A DNA stretch of 63,799 nt, filler included, from Folioceros fuciformis (lineage: Eukaryota), in NCBI GenBank assembly GCA_049999805.1. It is 10 parts of 10 records of this genome, joined end to end, with 100 filler letters (N's around TTAATTAATTAA, not from the genome) between each part and the next. Parts side by side here need not be neighbours in the genome. Positions count along the whole stretch, not along the records: positions 8,724 to 15,678 come from JBNGIO010001344.1; positions 15,779 to 24,530 come from JBNGIO010001346.1; 8 more parts are not named here. One strand, 5' to 3'. Numbering within the stretch: the stretch's first letter is position 1; each line of letters opens with the position of its first letter. The notes under the pieces were generated by a model that saw only the letters and a program-made list of their open reading frames with translations, did not search any database and was not told the origin of the DNA. A program made the position numbers and the translations under genes. Below are positions 11,276 to 23,871 of the stretch, piece by piece.

Positions 11276-14200
11276 TCACCATGCGAGATGCGGGATCTTC
11301 TCAGGGGCTGATTCCTGGCTTACGATAGGCACCCCGGCCCTGGACATGGATAGGGAGATGCGTCTGGACGGTGCCGTGGACGAGCTTGCTGAGGCGACTA
11401 CCGTCGGGGATGCGGACTCCATGTCCGATTCATCAGCGGCTGCAACTGATTGCTGATTGGAAAGAGAGGTGGTGTCGCCGCTGTACTGCCTCGAGTCCCT
11501 GGAGTCGGCTGCTCGAGATTGAAACGAGGTGCTTACTACCAAACGCTTGATGGTTGCTGCGCGCAAGTAACAGTGGAAACGAGGAAGTGAGGAGATCTGA
11601 TCTGAATTGCAAAGCAAAGTAAAGCTTGTGTCCCCCCAAAAAAAAGCTACTGCAAGAACGTTGCTTACTTCCTTTCTTGGATAATTCGTGTCCCCTCTTC
11701 CACCACTGACGGACGAGGTTCCTTCTCGGCACGGGCAAGCACTTGACCAAAGCTCCCAATGGCCAGCTGCATGTCACAGCGCGTTCTTTCAAACGATTGA
11801 CGACCAAAGAATAGCCATGGAACGCTCTCACATGCAGACACGGAACTGCCTCACCTTATGAAACCAAGACCGATACAAACAAGCCACAGCTTCCAAGAGA
11901 GTGGCACAGTAGAGGCAAAGTTTCCCGCAAATTCCACAATCAGAGCCTGGATTCCAGAGGTCCAATGAAGGTCAGAGTGAAGCAGACACCGATGTTCTCT
12001 AGAGGTTAAGAGGAATTTGGAAGAATTTAGTACCTGCATTAGGACAGTGAAGATAATGACGTTCAGGAACACCCGGTTGCTCAGAAGGCCATCGAAGATA
12101 TTGATTGCGTCCACCTTCCTTGAATTCACCTCGTTGAAAATCTGCAGAATCAACAAAGCAGTGCCACTGTGAACATATTGGAGCTTGGTGGCCATTTCAC
12201 GAATAAATTCTAGGGGAACTGGTGAGGATGGTCACTTGGCAAAGCACAAAGGAGTTGAAAATGACGGTAATGAGCTTCTTTTTGCCGGAAGGAAGATCAG
12301 AGAACGAAGGCCGTGTGATGCTAGCCTGCACGTTGCAACAGGGAGCTTGTTAGCATAGTCTACAGCAACCACTTTCCTACAGACATAAAGAAATGCCGAG
12401 GACTTCTTGCATTTGTGGAGCTCTCTGATTGTAGACTGAGGAGAGACAACCCATGAAACTGAAGCACCAACAGCATTCCCAGCTGATAAGCTGCCTGGAG
12501 AGCCACATGCACAATACAGCTCGTCTGTCAAGACAGACTGCGTGAAATGGCACAGTAAGGGACCGCCCATCTTCATGCCCCGTGAAAGCTGACAAGACTG
12601 TTCGATGACCTAAGGACTTGTCACTCTGTCGGTAAAATGAGATTGAAACTTGTAGTGATGCTGCCGTCTTACTTGGAAGATTATATTCCGCCACATTATA
12701 TTTGAAATGAGCGGCTCTCTGTTGACAGGCAAGCACTTTAGGATTCAGATCCAGCTATTTGTTGCTAGCAGTTGTGAAACACAATCAGGTTGCACGAGGA
12801 AGCAAAGACCTTTTGTGGACAGGCTTCCTATCCATGAAGGAATCTGAAGGAGGCTCTGTAGCCAGCGCAAGTGCACCCAGAGTATCCATGATCAAGTTCA
12901 CCCACAACAACTGTATCTCACAACGGCATATTAGGACTCAAACACTGCAATGAGGGACAGTACCGCAACATTTCGCTTTGAAAACTGTGTTCACTTGGTA
13001 CGAACTTGAACTGCCGTAAGGGGAGCTTCTCCGTCGACAACAGCAGATATGAAGTTCAGAGCAAGTGCAACTGCGTTGACAGTAGTTTGAAACTGAATAA
13101 ACTTCTGGATGTTGACATAAACAGCTCTTCCCCATCTGACCACCTGAACAATGGAATTTATATGGTCAGTACTCCTTTCAGCCTAGCTGTCAGACTCAGA
13201 CTTGAAACCTGCAAAGCTGCCGACAGTCTGCTGTCTGGTTAACGTCTCGTATTCAAGCTTGTATTATCTCTATACCTTCACTATGGAGGCAAAATTGTCA
13301 TCTAAGATGATGATGTCAGAGCTTTCTTTCGCAACCTCTGTTCCAGCTATACCCATTGCCAGTCCAATGGATGCCTACAAACATGACCCTGCAGATCAGT
13401 ACCGGTGTCACAGGTCTGTTCTCCCAAACTGTGCAACCTCAAAGCGCAATCTGTGTGCTTCGTTTGAGCTTAAAAGACCTGATTGACTCACACTGTAGGA
13501 CTAGACAGCTTCAGTTGGCCAGGACAGAACCTCGTGAAGGGCAGGTGCATCATTTGTGCCATCACCAGTCACAGCGACCACCTCCCCCATCTCCAACAGC
13601 CGCTTCACTAGCGTGTGTTTGTCAGTAGGAGAGGAACGTGCCATCACCTTGCACCACAGAGAGACCAGAAAAGAAAGGCCAGAGCCATGTTGGTTCTTGT
13701 GGTAGTCGAGTTCTGAGCAGGCACCCCTAAACCAATGACTGGCTTACAAAAACCTACCTGAAGTGATGGCAGACATGCCTGTTGCTGTTGAACCGTCATG
13801 GCTCTGAACTCCTTGCCCTCAATAGCTGTTCCGCTCTCGGTCAGGATCCCACATTCAGCCGCAATGGCCTTGGCTGTGATCATGTTGTCTCCAGTTACCA
13901 TGCGGACCTGAAGAGTAGAGAACAGCTTGAAGGTGACAAGTTTCTGTGCAGTTTTGTTCTGACGACTCTGGTCCCAGGAAGCTACATCACTTGAACCTTC
14001 CTTGACAGCAGACACCGCAGCTGCAACATGATGCGTTTTCCCCACACAGTCAAAAACATGTGGGATTGGCACCTTGATTCCTGCCCGTTGACACTGAAAG
14101 ACAGCTTCAGGCACTCCCGGTCGGCAAGGATCTTTTATCCCCACGATTGCCAAGCATGTGAGATCATTGTCTGGGATGCCAGCTCTGTCACCCCCAGGTA

Positions 14201-15665
14201 TCTCCGCCTCCGACAGCTCCTTGCATGCGAAGCAGAGAGTCCGGAGTGCTGCATTTGCAAAAGAATCGATCACTGACTTCAGCTCGACTATCTGACAAGC
14301 CAACTGCAGCAAATCAGTTGAGGACAATTGACCTAAGAGCTGAAAAACACCATGCCATAGCCCGGACTGGAAGAGCTATGGTAGAGTAACCAGGTCAATA
14401 GCTAAGATCCAGAGTGGGTTTATTCGTCTTCCTTGCCTTCTCCGGTGTCAATGGGACGAGGGAACCCTGCCCATTGTAGTAATGCGTACAAAGGTCGAGG
14501 ACAACCTCAGATGCACCTTTCCAATGAACCCAGTGTCGTCCATCTTGTATCTGCAAACAATGAAAGCTGTTCCCCAACTTAACTCTGATCTGATGTTCTC
14601 TGGTTTATGGAAAATGTAAACAATACGTTAGGGCTCCAACAAGTGTACCTTGAATAAGGTACCCATCCGCTTCTTGGTAGAGTTGAAAGCTTCGACTCTT
14701 GTCACTGTGATCTCCTCCCTCACATCCTCGAAATTAGCACCCAACTAGAAATCACGAAGGAGATGGCAAACAGTCTTAGCTAGCCAGAAATTAAGGAAAC
14801 CATACAAAGATCTTCTTGCGTATACCTGCACGCCCCAAGACAGGATTGCCTTCTCTGTAGGACTGCCAAACACTTCCACACCTCCTCCTTCCTGATTTCA
14901 AACTCAGAGTAAACATCGCCTTACGGACTCAACTCAAGTGTGAAAACAGGAGCAGGTTGTATGATTCAGCGGTACCTTGGGCATGTAGACACTTCCATTG
15001 GTATTAACACATATTGCTTCAAACAACACCTGTGACATACATTAATATATTATTATTTTCTATATAATAAAAATATAAATTAAAATCCATATCCGACTTA
15101 TACATGTATGTGCACCTTAGTTAACGAAGGACTGAAGTCTTTCTTCACATTACGGGGAACTTTTAGCATACCGCACATCCATGAATTCACTACCGTCATC
15201 TGATGGATAGATTACAATATGAATGTAGATATTTCTTTGTAAATTTTTTTATTATTATTATATACAAAAATTATATATCATATCCCAAAGATTTACCTTA
15301 TTCATGGTAAGAGTTCCAGTCTTATCACTGCAAATTGTGGTTGCTGAACCCATAGTTTCGCAAGCTGCCAAGTGTCTGACCTAAAATATTGTCCTAAAGT
15401 AAGTGACTTCAAAATTACATGAATAAAAGGTTTATTATTTTATTTCTTAAGAGTAAAACTTGAGTTTACCAGTGCTCGATCTTCCATCATCTGTTGCATT
15501 GAATATGCAAGTCTAAAAATTTATGAGAAAATGATTAAAAAAGGATGATACATATTAAAAGTTAATTTGAAATTGAATATTGTTCATGAAAATACGATAA
15601 GGTCTTACGTTAAAGTTACTGCTAAGGGAAGGCCTTCCGGAATGGCAACCACAACAATTGTAACC
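11276..15665 (-). CDS. Type IIB (ACA/PMCA-like) calcium-transporting P-type ATPase, multi-exon, 5' part lost in gap; 3' end uncertain
   Basis: Spliced exons give [99 protein letters not shown] and QIFNEVNSR. Confidence 0.95.
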
Positions 15666-15678
15666 TTCAACCCAAGAT

Positions 15679-15778
15679 NNNNNNNNNNNNNNNNNNNNNN
15701 NNNNNNNNNNNNNNNNNNNNNNTTAATTAATTAANNNNNNNNNNNNNNNNNNNNNNNNNNNNNNNNNNNNNNNNNNNN
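15679..15778. other. Artificial contig-join linker
   Basis: N44-TTAATTAATTAA-N44. Confidence 0.98.
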
Positions 15779-16612
15779 AATGCGGTCCTATACGATGCCA
15801 TGTGGGGTGGGCTCATCAGCCGAGAGGGAGCAAGGGATGCTGGAGCTGACTTCGGGCTGGGTCTGTACAACGATCATCACTACCACTGGGGATATTTCGT
15901 GTATGCCGGAGCTGTGCTGGCCAAACTAGATATGGCATGGGGCCAATTGTTCAAGGGTCATATGTATGCTTTCGTGAGGGACTACATGAATTTGGATGCG
16001 AAAGACCATCTGTTTCCACGTCTCAGGAACTTCGATCTATGGGTGCTGCATTCGTGGGCAGGAGGGCTAGTTGAATTTGCAGATGGCAGAAACCAGGAAA
16101 GCACCAGCGAAGCTGTGAATGCTTACTATGCTGCTGCTCTCATGGGCATGTCCTTTTCGGACGATAGTTTGATCAAGCCTGCGCTCACCCTGGCTGCACT
16201 GGAAGCCAGGGTGGCGCAGAGCCTGTGGCACATCCCTAGCTCCTGCACAATCTATGAGCCAGAGTTCGTCGAGGCCAACAAGATGGTGGGAGTTCTGTGG
16301 GCAAACAAGAGGGACACTGGTCTATGGTTTACTTCAGCCGAAAGTAGGGAATGCCGGGTAGGAATCCAGCTTCTCCCCTTGTGTCCCTACACACAGAACC
16401 TGTTTCCGGATACAGAATTCGTGAAGGAGCTCGTAGAGTGGTCACTTCCTCGTCTGACCCGAACAGACGTCTCAGATGGGTGGAGGGGCTTTGTGTATGC
16501 GCTCATGGCCATATATGACAAACAGCAGGCACTGGACAAAGTTAGAACTCTCTCCAGTCACGACGATGGCAACTCCTTGTCCAATCTTCTCTGGTGGATA
16601 TTCACAAGATAG
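15779..16612 (+). CDS. Glycoside hydrolase family 81 endo-1,3(4)-beta-glucanase, C-terminal part (5'-partial)
   Basis: DFGLGLYNDHHYHWGYF, HSWAGGL.EFADGRNQESTSEAVNAYY; frame open to the gap. Confidence 0.93.
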   Translation, partial: NAVLYDAMWGGLISREGARDAGADFGLGLYNDHHYHWGYFVYAGAVLAKLDMAWGQLFKGHMYAFVRDYMNLDAKDHLFPRLRNFDLWVLHSWAGGLVEFADGRNQESTSEAVNAYYAAALMGMSFSDDSLIKPALTLAALEARVAQSLWHIPSSCTIYEPEFVEANKMVGVLWANKRDTGLWFTSAESRECRVGIQLLPLCPYTQNLFPDTEFVKELVEWSLPRLTRTDVSDGWRGFVYALMAIYDKQQALDKVRTLSSHDDGNSLSNLLWWIFTR

Positions 16613-17275
16613 TCAGCCAATCTTGATACCCGGACACGCACCCACAGGCCATGATAAACCGCTTTGCGCGAGGTGCACTTTTTCAAGGGAGGCACAGAGA
16701 TTTTGGTCCTGCCATTTCCATCAAAGTAGATTATTCCTTGCTCATCATCTACTCACACCATCCTCCTCCTTTGTCTCTCAGATTACAACCTCGCGTAAGT
16801 CCTCCGCTGCAATACAAGTAGCACGACAGCAGTGACGTTTTTGTCGCTGCGGCTGGCCCACTGGGCTAAATCCAACGGGAATGCAAACTTAATTACGGTC
16901 TGCACCGATGGCAACTGAGTGGTCGAAAGCAAAAACCCGCCGGAGTTAGGGCTCGTCATGATCTGGACGATGCCAGCCTCTATCTACGTGACCTGGTAGT
17001 CACAGCGTGAAGGATCGTCCAGTCATGTCCACATTCTGAACGTTTCATAAAGCCTCTTGTACGAGCTGGAAAAAACTATAAGATCTCTACCTGATTCAGG
17101 AAAGGACGGAACCTCAAGGACCAGCGCCATAACAAGTCAGCAACTAAAACTCGCCATCTAGCAACTGCACAGCGTTCGTCACAATCAGATTTCATTGGTT
17201 CTCATGATATGCTTGTCGGTAGCAGGCAAATGGTTGCCTGTTTCAGATGCAACTGAATCCGTGAAACCTAAAAAA

Positions 17276-17741
17276 TTACCCCCTCTTTTCCGCTCTCATC
17301 CCTGCAACCACCTGCAATACCAGGAAATTCCGTGAGACAAAACCTCCGGTAAACCGCTGCTTGCGAACGCGAAGTGCAGGCTTGACACCATTACCTCAGA
17401 CAGAGGTGGTGGAGAAACAGGCTTCGAGCTGGATATAGCATTTCTGATGGGTGGTACCACGAGAGGTGCTAGCACTCCTGCTCACAGAAGCCACACGGAA
17501 TTAGATTTCAATCACATGAAGCTTGCCAGATCACAAACCTCAATACGACTGATGCAAGAGGCGGCCCCCAGCCAACTAGTACAGTGCAACTCTTATTGGC
17601 GCCTCCGGGAAGATCTTTAAGCAACACTGGCTCTCAACCACGATTCTAGCCAGAGAGCTCACCGATGCTGGCAAGAATGATAGAAGCCGAGAGAACAGGG
17701 TCCCTCGCAATCTGTGTCTTCACTTTGTTTATGAACCCCAT
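17276..17741 (-). CDS. Mitochondrial complex I B9/NDUFA3-like subunit, ~65 aa, 3 exons
   Basis: GT-AG splicing gives MGFINKVKTQIARDPVLSASIILASIGVLAPLVVPPIRNAISSSKPVSPPPLSEVVAGMRAEKRG*, with one TM helix; resembles plant B9 from memory. Confidence 0.7.
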
Positions 17742-17957
17742 CTTCAACCCTTGCCCTTCAGTCACGCAACAGAGCAACACTCGACTGAGGCCGACACCGA
17801 TGGTCTGAGCAAACGCAGCGTTAGGGCTTTGCAATATGTGACGACGTGAAGCTTACTATAGCGAGATCCAGAAAGGATGCTATTTCCGAATTTCTAGAGG
17901 TGTAAGACTAGATAGGTCTCGGCTCTCTGTTGTGGAGAGTGGTCGAGTGAACTGACA

Positions 17958-18585
17958 ATGGTGGGGTTCAAGAACAGGTACATGGTTATGGAGCTGGTGT
18001 GGCAGGGTCAGCAGCCAGCACCGGAGTCCTGGTCTACGGGGTCGGTGAGTAGCGCAATTCAGAAGAGTCTGCTGCTGAATTTCGGGGAGTTGGGCCTCGG
18101 CGCATCCATCACGTCCTTGCAAGGTGGTCTTTGCTATTGGTGATTGTCAGCTGTGATCTTCCCAGGTAAAAAAAATATTGATCCAGGATGTGTTGCCAAT
18201 CCCTTGCAGTCAAGTACTTGAATCCATTCACGAATCTATGTGTAGTAAGGTGTGGACGAGGTGAGTACCGAAAGGTGTGGGCTGCGATCACCCTCATCAC
18301 AGCCATCCGGAAGCTGCCGGTGTTGTTCAATCTACTAGATTTGAGTGGTAAGTGGGGACCATCATGCGTTGCAGCTGCCAGCATCAGTTGAGAGGGGATG
18401 GCTCTGACTAGGGTAGTCGTGCCTGGATGACAGGAAGTGTAAGAGCCTGCCGAAAAAAAGCATTGGAGTACGAGAAGGTGAGGCTTCGGCAGCAGCAAGT
18501 GCTAGGTGAAAATAGTTTGGACCCGGGGCTCATGAAGATGCTTGATTCCACGATAGAGGAGAGGATTGCCGCCCTGGAGCGGTGA
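17958..18585 (+). CDS. POP5: RNase P/MRP protein subunit POP5 (exons 17958-18123, 18210-18347, 18434-18585)
   Basis: MVGFKNRYMV..SLLLNFGELGLG..SLQVKYLNPFTNLCVVRC..KVWAAIT..LLDLSGSVRAC. Confidence 0.9.
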
Positions 18586-18700
18586 AGCCCATCCAAGTGA
18601 GCAGAGGACATTATCCTGGACGGTGAGCAGAGGACCTGGACCTGTACCAATTAGTAAACTGAATGGAAGATTTTTAAGCTCGTTCAAAAAACTGAGAGCA

Positions 18701-20743
18701 TTAATCAGGGGCTGAATCCAGCTCCGTCGACTCAAGATCGTCAACCAGGGCGTATTGCACACAGTCCATGGATTTCAAATCAGGTTTCACTCCCTCCCGC
18801 TGCATACGTTCAAACAGCTTCGCACCTTCTTCAGCAAAACCGTGCTTGAAACAAGCTCCAATCATGGCGGTCCATACTACCACGTTCTTCATGGGTAAAG
18901 CATGGAAGGATTGCCTAGCGTCTTCGATGCTCCCACACTTTGAATACATGTGTACCAGGGCACTCCCCACAAAGACATCCGACGTGAGTCCCTTTCTCAG
19001 GACTTCAGAATGGACTCTCTTGCCCTCCTCCAGAGCTGACGCCTGCGCACAGGCATGGAGTACCCGGGTGAGCACCCTTGTATTCGGCTCTACTCCTTCT
19101 TCCTTCATCCTCCGGTATATCTTTATAGCCTCTTCGGCGCGGCCATAGTGTGAAAAACCGGCAATCACGCCGTACCAGGTTACTGCATTACGGTCGGGCA
19201 TTTTCTCGCAGACCTCCAAAGCCTCGTCCAAGCTTCCGCACTTGGCATACATGTATACAAGGGCATTCCCAATGACTAAATTTGAAAACCCCCTTGCCAC
19301 TATGTACTTATGCACTTCTCTCCCTTCTTCGACGGCTCGGACACTCGCACATGCTTTCAAGATGCAAGCGTAAGCCACATCGTCGGGCTCCTCCTCTGAA
19401 TCAAGCATTCGCTTATAAAATCTGATGGCATCCTCAGCTAGACCTGCCTGTGTGTACCCCACCAGCATGGCAGTCCAAGAGACCACATTTCTGGTGGGCA
19501 TTTTCTCAAACACCTCGAGAGCATCGGCCATGCCCCCACAATTAGCATACATGTCAATCAGAGAGTTGCCCATCGTGACCTCCAGTTCAAAACCACTTGA
19601 GATCACATCCGCATGCACACTTCGTCCTTCTTCAAGTGCAGGTATACTAGCACATGCCTTTAGTACCGAAGTGAAAGTGGACGTGTTTGGCTTCACACCT
19701 GATTGCTGCATCAGTTTGTACAGCTTGATTACTTCCCTCGCCTGACCCACTTGAGCATATCCTACAATTAGGGCTGTCCATGAGACCGTATTTTTCCGCC
19801 GCAGTCCATCAAAAACATGCCTTGCTTGAAAAACATCCCCACTTTTTGCATACATGTCGACAAGCGCAGATCCAACGATGACATCCAGCTCCAATCCAGT
19901 ATCAATGATGTCAGCATGTACTCGTCTACCTTCCTCCAGGGCGTGAACATGGCCGCATGCTTTAAGAACGGAGGAGAAGATCCAGCCATCTGGCTTGACA
20001 TGTGCTTCCCGCAACTTCTTGTAGAATCTGATGGCTTCCCATGGGAGATCAGCTGTGGTGTAAGCCACCAGCATTGCTGTCCAGCACACTACATTCCTAG
20101 TGGGCATTTTCTCAAAAATTCTCCTTGCATCCTCATGGCTCCCCAACTTTGCATACATGTCCAGAACAGCAGTCCCTATAAAGCTGTCTGACTCTAGCCC
20201 ATGCCTTCTGATACATGCATGGACCTTCCTACCCTGCTCCAAGTCTTCTACACTCACACAAGCCTTTAGTAGAAAAGTAAGCACAAATGGAGAAGGCTTC
20301 ACCTTTTCAGCCAGCATCTGCGGAAACAGCTGCAGAGCTTCTTCATTCTTTCCAGCCTCAACGTACCCTCGAATAAGCGCAGTCCATGTGTAACTGTTAC
20401 GGCTCTGAATTCGATCAAATACAGCCTGTGCATCCCCGAGCCTCCCTAGTGCAGCATACATCCTGACAATGTTACCCGCGACGTAGCTTTCGGATTCCAA
20501 CCCACTCCTCATGATATGAGCATGCACCTCTACGCCCTGTCGTAATGCCGTCCTTTCTATGCACGACTGAATGAGAGACTCGTAGGTACGAACATGAACC
20601 CCAATCCCCTGGTCCATCCTAGCGCGTAACCTTTCCAACGCCTCCTCCACCTGTCCCTCCTCGCAAAGCCGAGTCACAACCCTGACGGTCCCAGATGAAG
20701 ATGACAACCAATGAGAGAAGGCAACCAAATTTCGCCACGCCAT
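18701..20743 (-). CDS. PLS-class pentatricopeptide repeat protein, intronless, no E/DYW domain
   Basis: Tandem P-L-S motifs (..GSALVDMYAK.G...AR.VFD...KNTVSWTALI.GYAQ..); first ATG at 20743; ends without an E motif. Confidence 0.92.
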   Translation of the reverse strand: MAWRNLVAFSHWLSSSSGTVRVVTRLCEEGQVEEALERLRARMDQGIGVHVRTYESLIQSCIERTALRQGVEVHAHIMRSGLESESYVAGNIVRMYAALGRLGDAQAVFDRIQSRNSYTWTALIRGYVEAGKNEEALQLFPQMLAEKVKPSPFVLTFLLKACVSVEDLEQGRKVHACIRRHGLESDSFIGTAVLDMYAKLGSHEDARRIFEKMPTRNVVCWTAMLVAYTTADLPWEAIRFYKKLREAHVKPDGWIFSSVLKACGHVHALEEGRRVHADIIDTGLELDVIVGSALVDMYAKSGDVFQARHVFDGLRRKNTVSWTALIVGYAQVGQAREVIKLYKLMQQSGVKPNTSTFTSVLKACASIPALEEGRSVHADVISSGFELEVTMGNSLIDMYANCGGMADALEVFEKMPTRNVVSWTAMLVGYTQAGLAEDAIRFYKRMLDSEEEPDDVAYACILKACASVRAVEEGREVHKYIVARGFSNLVIGNALVYMYAKCGSLDEALEVCEKMPDRNAVTWYGVIAGFSHYGRAEEAIKIYRRMKEEGVEPNTRVLTRVLHACAQASALEEGKRVHSEVLRKGLTSDVFVGSALVHMYSKCGSIEDARQSFHALPMKNVVVWTAMIGACFKHGFAEEGAKLFERMQREGVKPDLKSMDCVQYALVDDLESTELDSAPD

Positions 20744-21480
20744 GTGAAACAGACAATGTTCTATACGGACAGACATGCACACATTGCAACCCAATACCTG
20801 TCGGTCATCTGACCAATTCCTCTGGTTGCAGCGGTTTCAACCCGGGGAGGCCCCGAAAAACTGTAACCCACATCTTTCCTTGGCAAATGAACGGAGGACA
20901 TATTTCCACAGCTCTTCACATCCGATTCCGGGCCTGCCAGCAGCACCAGAGAACGGCAATCAGCTCGTCTGAGAGCATCCCATATTTCTTCTCAGCAGCT
21001 GCACGCACAGGGCAAGGCCGGAAGGGAATAAGAATGAACCAGGACTGGAGATAGCGCTGAACCTCCGAGCAGACCCGATGGCAAACCCTGCTTCTGTCTC
21101 TCGCCCTGAGGTCTGCCTGAGCTATCGCCCTCCCCGACTGGCCCACCCACTTCTCCACTCCCTGTGGAGCGGAAGGAAGATACCAGCACACGAAGGCACC
21201 CATGGCCGGATTTCAGCAAGGCGCTACGTGAGAGAATCCAGCTCCCTCTTCTCCCGGTAGCGCGCATCGGACCATCCAGTGATGTCTGCCTCCTCACAAG
21301 TCTTCACAGTGCCCAAACGAGTCGGATTCGAAGCTACAACGAGTCGCTTCATTAAAATGAGCATTCACTAACACGAAAGAACGCAAGTACTCTACATATC
21401 TATATAGGTGGGATAAACTATGCGTTCCTGGGCGAAGGTCTGTGAAGTGGGTTGCCAAACGCTTGCTGGAGGCTCCTGCG

Positions 21481-23871
21481 ATGGCGGAAAAGAAGACTTG
21501 TTTGTGGAAGATCTGTTTCCCGTCGGAAGCAGTGCCTCTGGACATATTGGCTGCAGCAGCCGTCTCTGACCTTGAACTAGAAGCCTTCTCTAATCTGGTG
21601 CCAGGGTCTGTACCGGTGCTGTCTTTTCCTTCCGGGGAGCAGCTTCAGGGAGCCAGCACTGTGCTGAGGTACATTGCGAGAGTGAGCAAGCTGCCAAATT
21701 TCTATGGTTCGGACGCCCTGTCTGCGTCTCAGGTGGATGAGTGGCTTGAGTACGCTCCGCGGTTCCGAAATGAAGCTGAGTTCGAGCGGGCATGTGAGTT
21801 TGCGGATTTCTATCTTACGTTCAGGACTTTCTTGGTCGGATATGACTTGTCCGTTGCCGATGTCGCTGTCTGGGCCGGCCTGGCTGCCTCGGTGCTGCGT
21901 TGGGAGGCCCTTGCTAAGGCTGGTAGATATCCCAATCTGGTGCGATGGTATAGTGGACTCACTGGTGAGCATCAGGGGTTTAAGGATGTGATGGCAAAGT
22001 ATCGCAGCAAGAGGGCTTTAGGCAAGTCTCTCCCTGATGGAGTATCTGCCAGTAAAAAGTCCAATGTCACGGTGGCTAACAGCCAGAAGAAGGAGCAGGT
22101 GGATGGATCATTTGATGTGGATCTGCCTGAGGCGGAGGTGGGGAAGGTTTGCACCAGATTTCCGCCTGAACCTAGCGGGTATCTGCACATAGGGCATGCC
22201 AAAGCCGCTTTGTTGAATCAGTACTTTGCAAAGAAATATGAGGGCACTTTGATTGTCAGGTTTGACGATACTAATCCGTCTAAGGAAAAGGACGAGTTTG
22301 TTCTCAGCATTCTGGCAGACCTCAAAACCCTGGGGATTGTGGGGGATAAGCTCACGTATACGTCTGACTATTTTCCGCAGTTATTGGAAATGGCCGAAAG
22401 GCTGATCCGGGAAGGGAAGGCGTATGTGGATGACACTCCTAGAGATGAGATGAAAGAGCAGAGAATGGTGGGGACTGAATCAAAATGCCGCAACAACAGT
22501 GTGGAAGAGAACCTGAATCTGTGGAAAGAGATGGTGGGTGGCACGGACAAGGGCAGGGAATGTTGTCTGCGAGGGAAGCTTGACATGCAGGCGGCTAACA
22601 AGACCCTTCGGGACCCTGTGTACTACCGATGCAATCCAACCCCTCACCACAGAGTCGGTGACAAGTACAAGGTGTATCCAACGTATGATTTTGCTTGTCC
22701 TTTTGTGGACAGCTACGAAGGCGTAACACATGCTCTTCGAAGCAGTGAGTATCACGATAGAAATGACCAGTACTATCGGATTTTAGCCGACATGGGGATG
22801 AGGAAAGTTCATGTTTGGGATTTCAGTCGTTTGAACTTTGTTTACACGTTGCTGAGCAAACGCAAGCTCCAGATGTTCGTGGATAGCGGACGAGTACAGG
22901 GCTGGGATGATCCTCGTTTCCCAACTGTACAGGGTATCCGCAGAAGGGGTCTGACCGTGGAAGCTCTGACACAGTTCATTCTGTCTCAGGTAGTTAGTAT
23001 GTTAAGCTACACGCATCGTTGCGTGCAATGATGTTGCACAAGTTTTTTAACTGTCCAATGTGGCTACTGTTTGTTCCCAGGGTGCTTCCAAAAATCTCAA
23101 CCTCATGGAATGGGACAAGCTTTGGACTATCAACAAGAAGATAATTGATCCTATTTGTCCAAGACATACTGCAGTTTATAGTGAAGGAAAGGTTCTTCTC
23201 GTCTTGAACAATGGCCCTGATGTGCCCTTTGTTCGGGTTATACCTCGCCACAAGAAGTTTGCAGGTGCTGGAATGAAGGCCACTACCTTCAGTAAGGCGA
23301 TATGGCTGGACCTGGAGGATGCAACTCAAGTGCAGCAAGGAGAGGAAGTTACCCTCATGGATTGGGGAAACGTTATAATTCAATCCGTGCAGAAGGATGC
23401 TATGGGAAAAGTCACGGGTCTCAAGGGAGTACTACATCTTGAAGGTTCGGTGAAGACCACAAAGCTAAAGCTTACATGGCTACCAGATACTCCTGAACTT
23501 GTTTCTCTGTCACTAGTGGAATTGGATTATCTGATCACAAAGAAAAAAGTAAGTCCTGTTCTCTCTCAACTTCATTTCGATCTCAGATTGTGCAGAATGG
23601 TTTTCATTGTGGTTGCGTGTTCCAGCTGGAGGAGACAGATCTACTGGACAATTTCCTGAATCCTCGCACTTGGTGGGAAGTCCCAGCAATCGGTGACTCG
23701 AATATGAGGAATTTGAAGAAAGGAGAAATTCTACAACTAGAAAGGAAGGGCTACTTCGTTTGTGATGTGCCATTTATCCGGCCCTCGAGGCCTATCACAT
23801 TGATATCCATTCCTGATGGAAGGCAAAAGCCAGCATCAGCTTCAGTAGCGCAGGTACGACCAGGTCAGTAA
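21481..23871 (+). CDS. Cytosolic glutamyl-tRNA synthetase (exons 21481-22989, 23081-23548, 23626-23871)
   Basis: N-terminal GST-like domain, TRFPPEPSGYLHIGHAKA (HIGH), LSKRKL, GWDDPRFPT, and anticodon domain LQLERKGYF. Confidence 0.96.
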
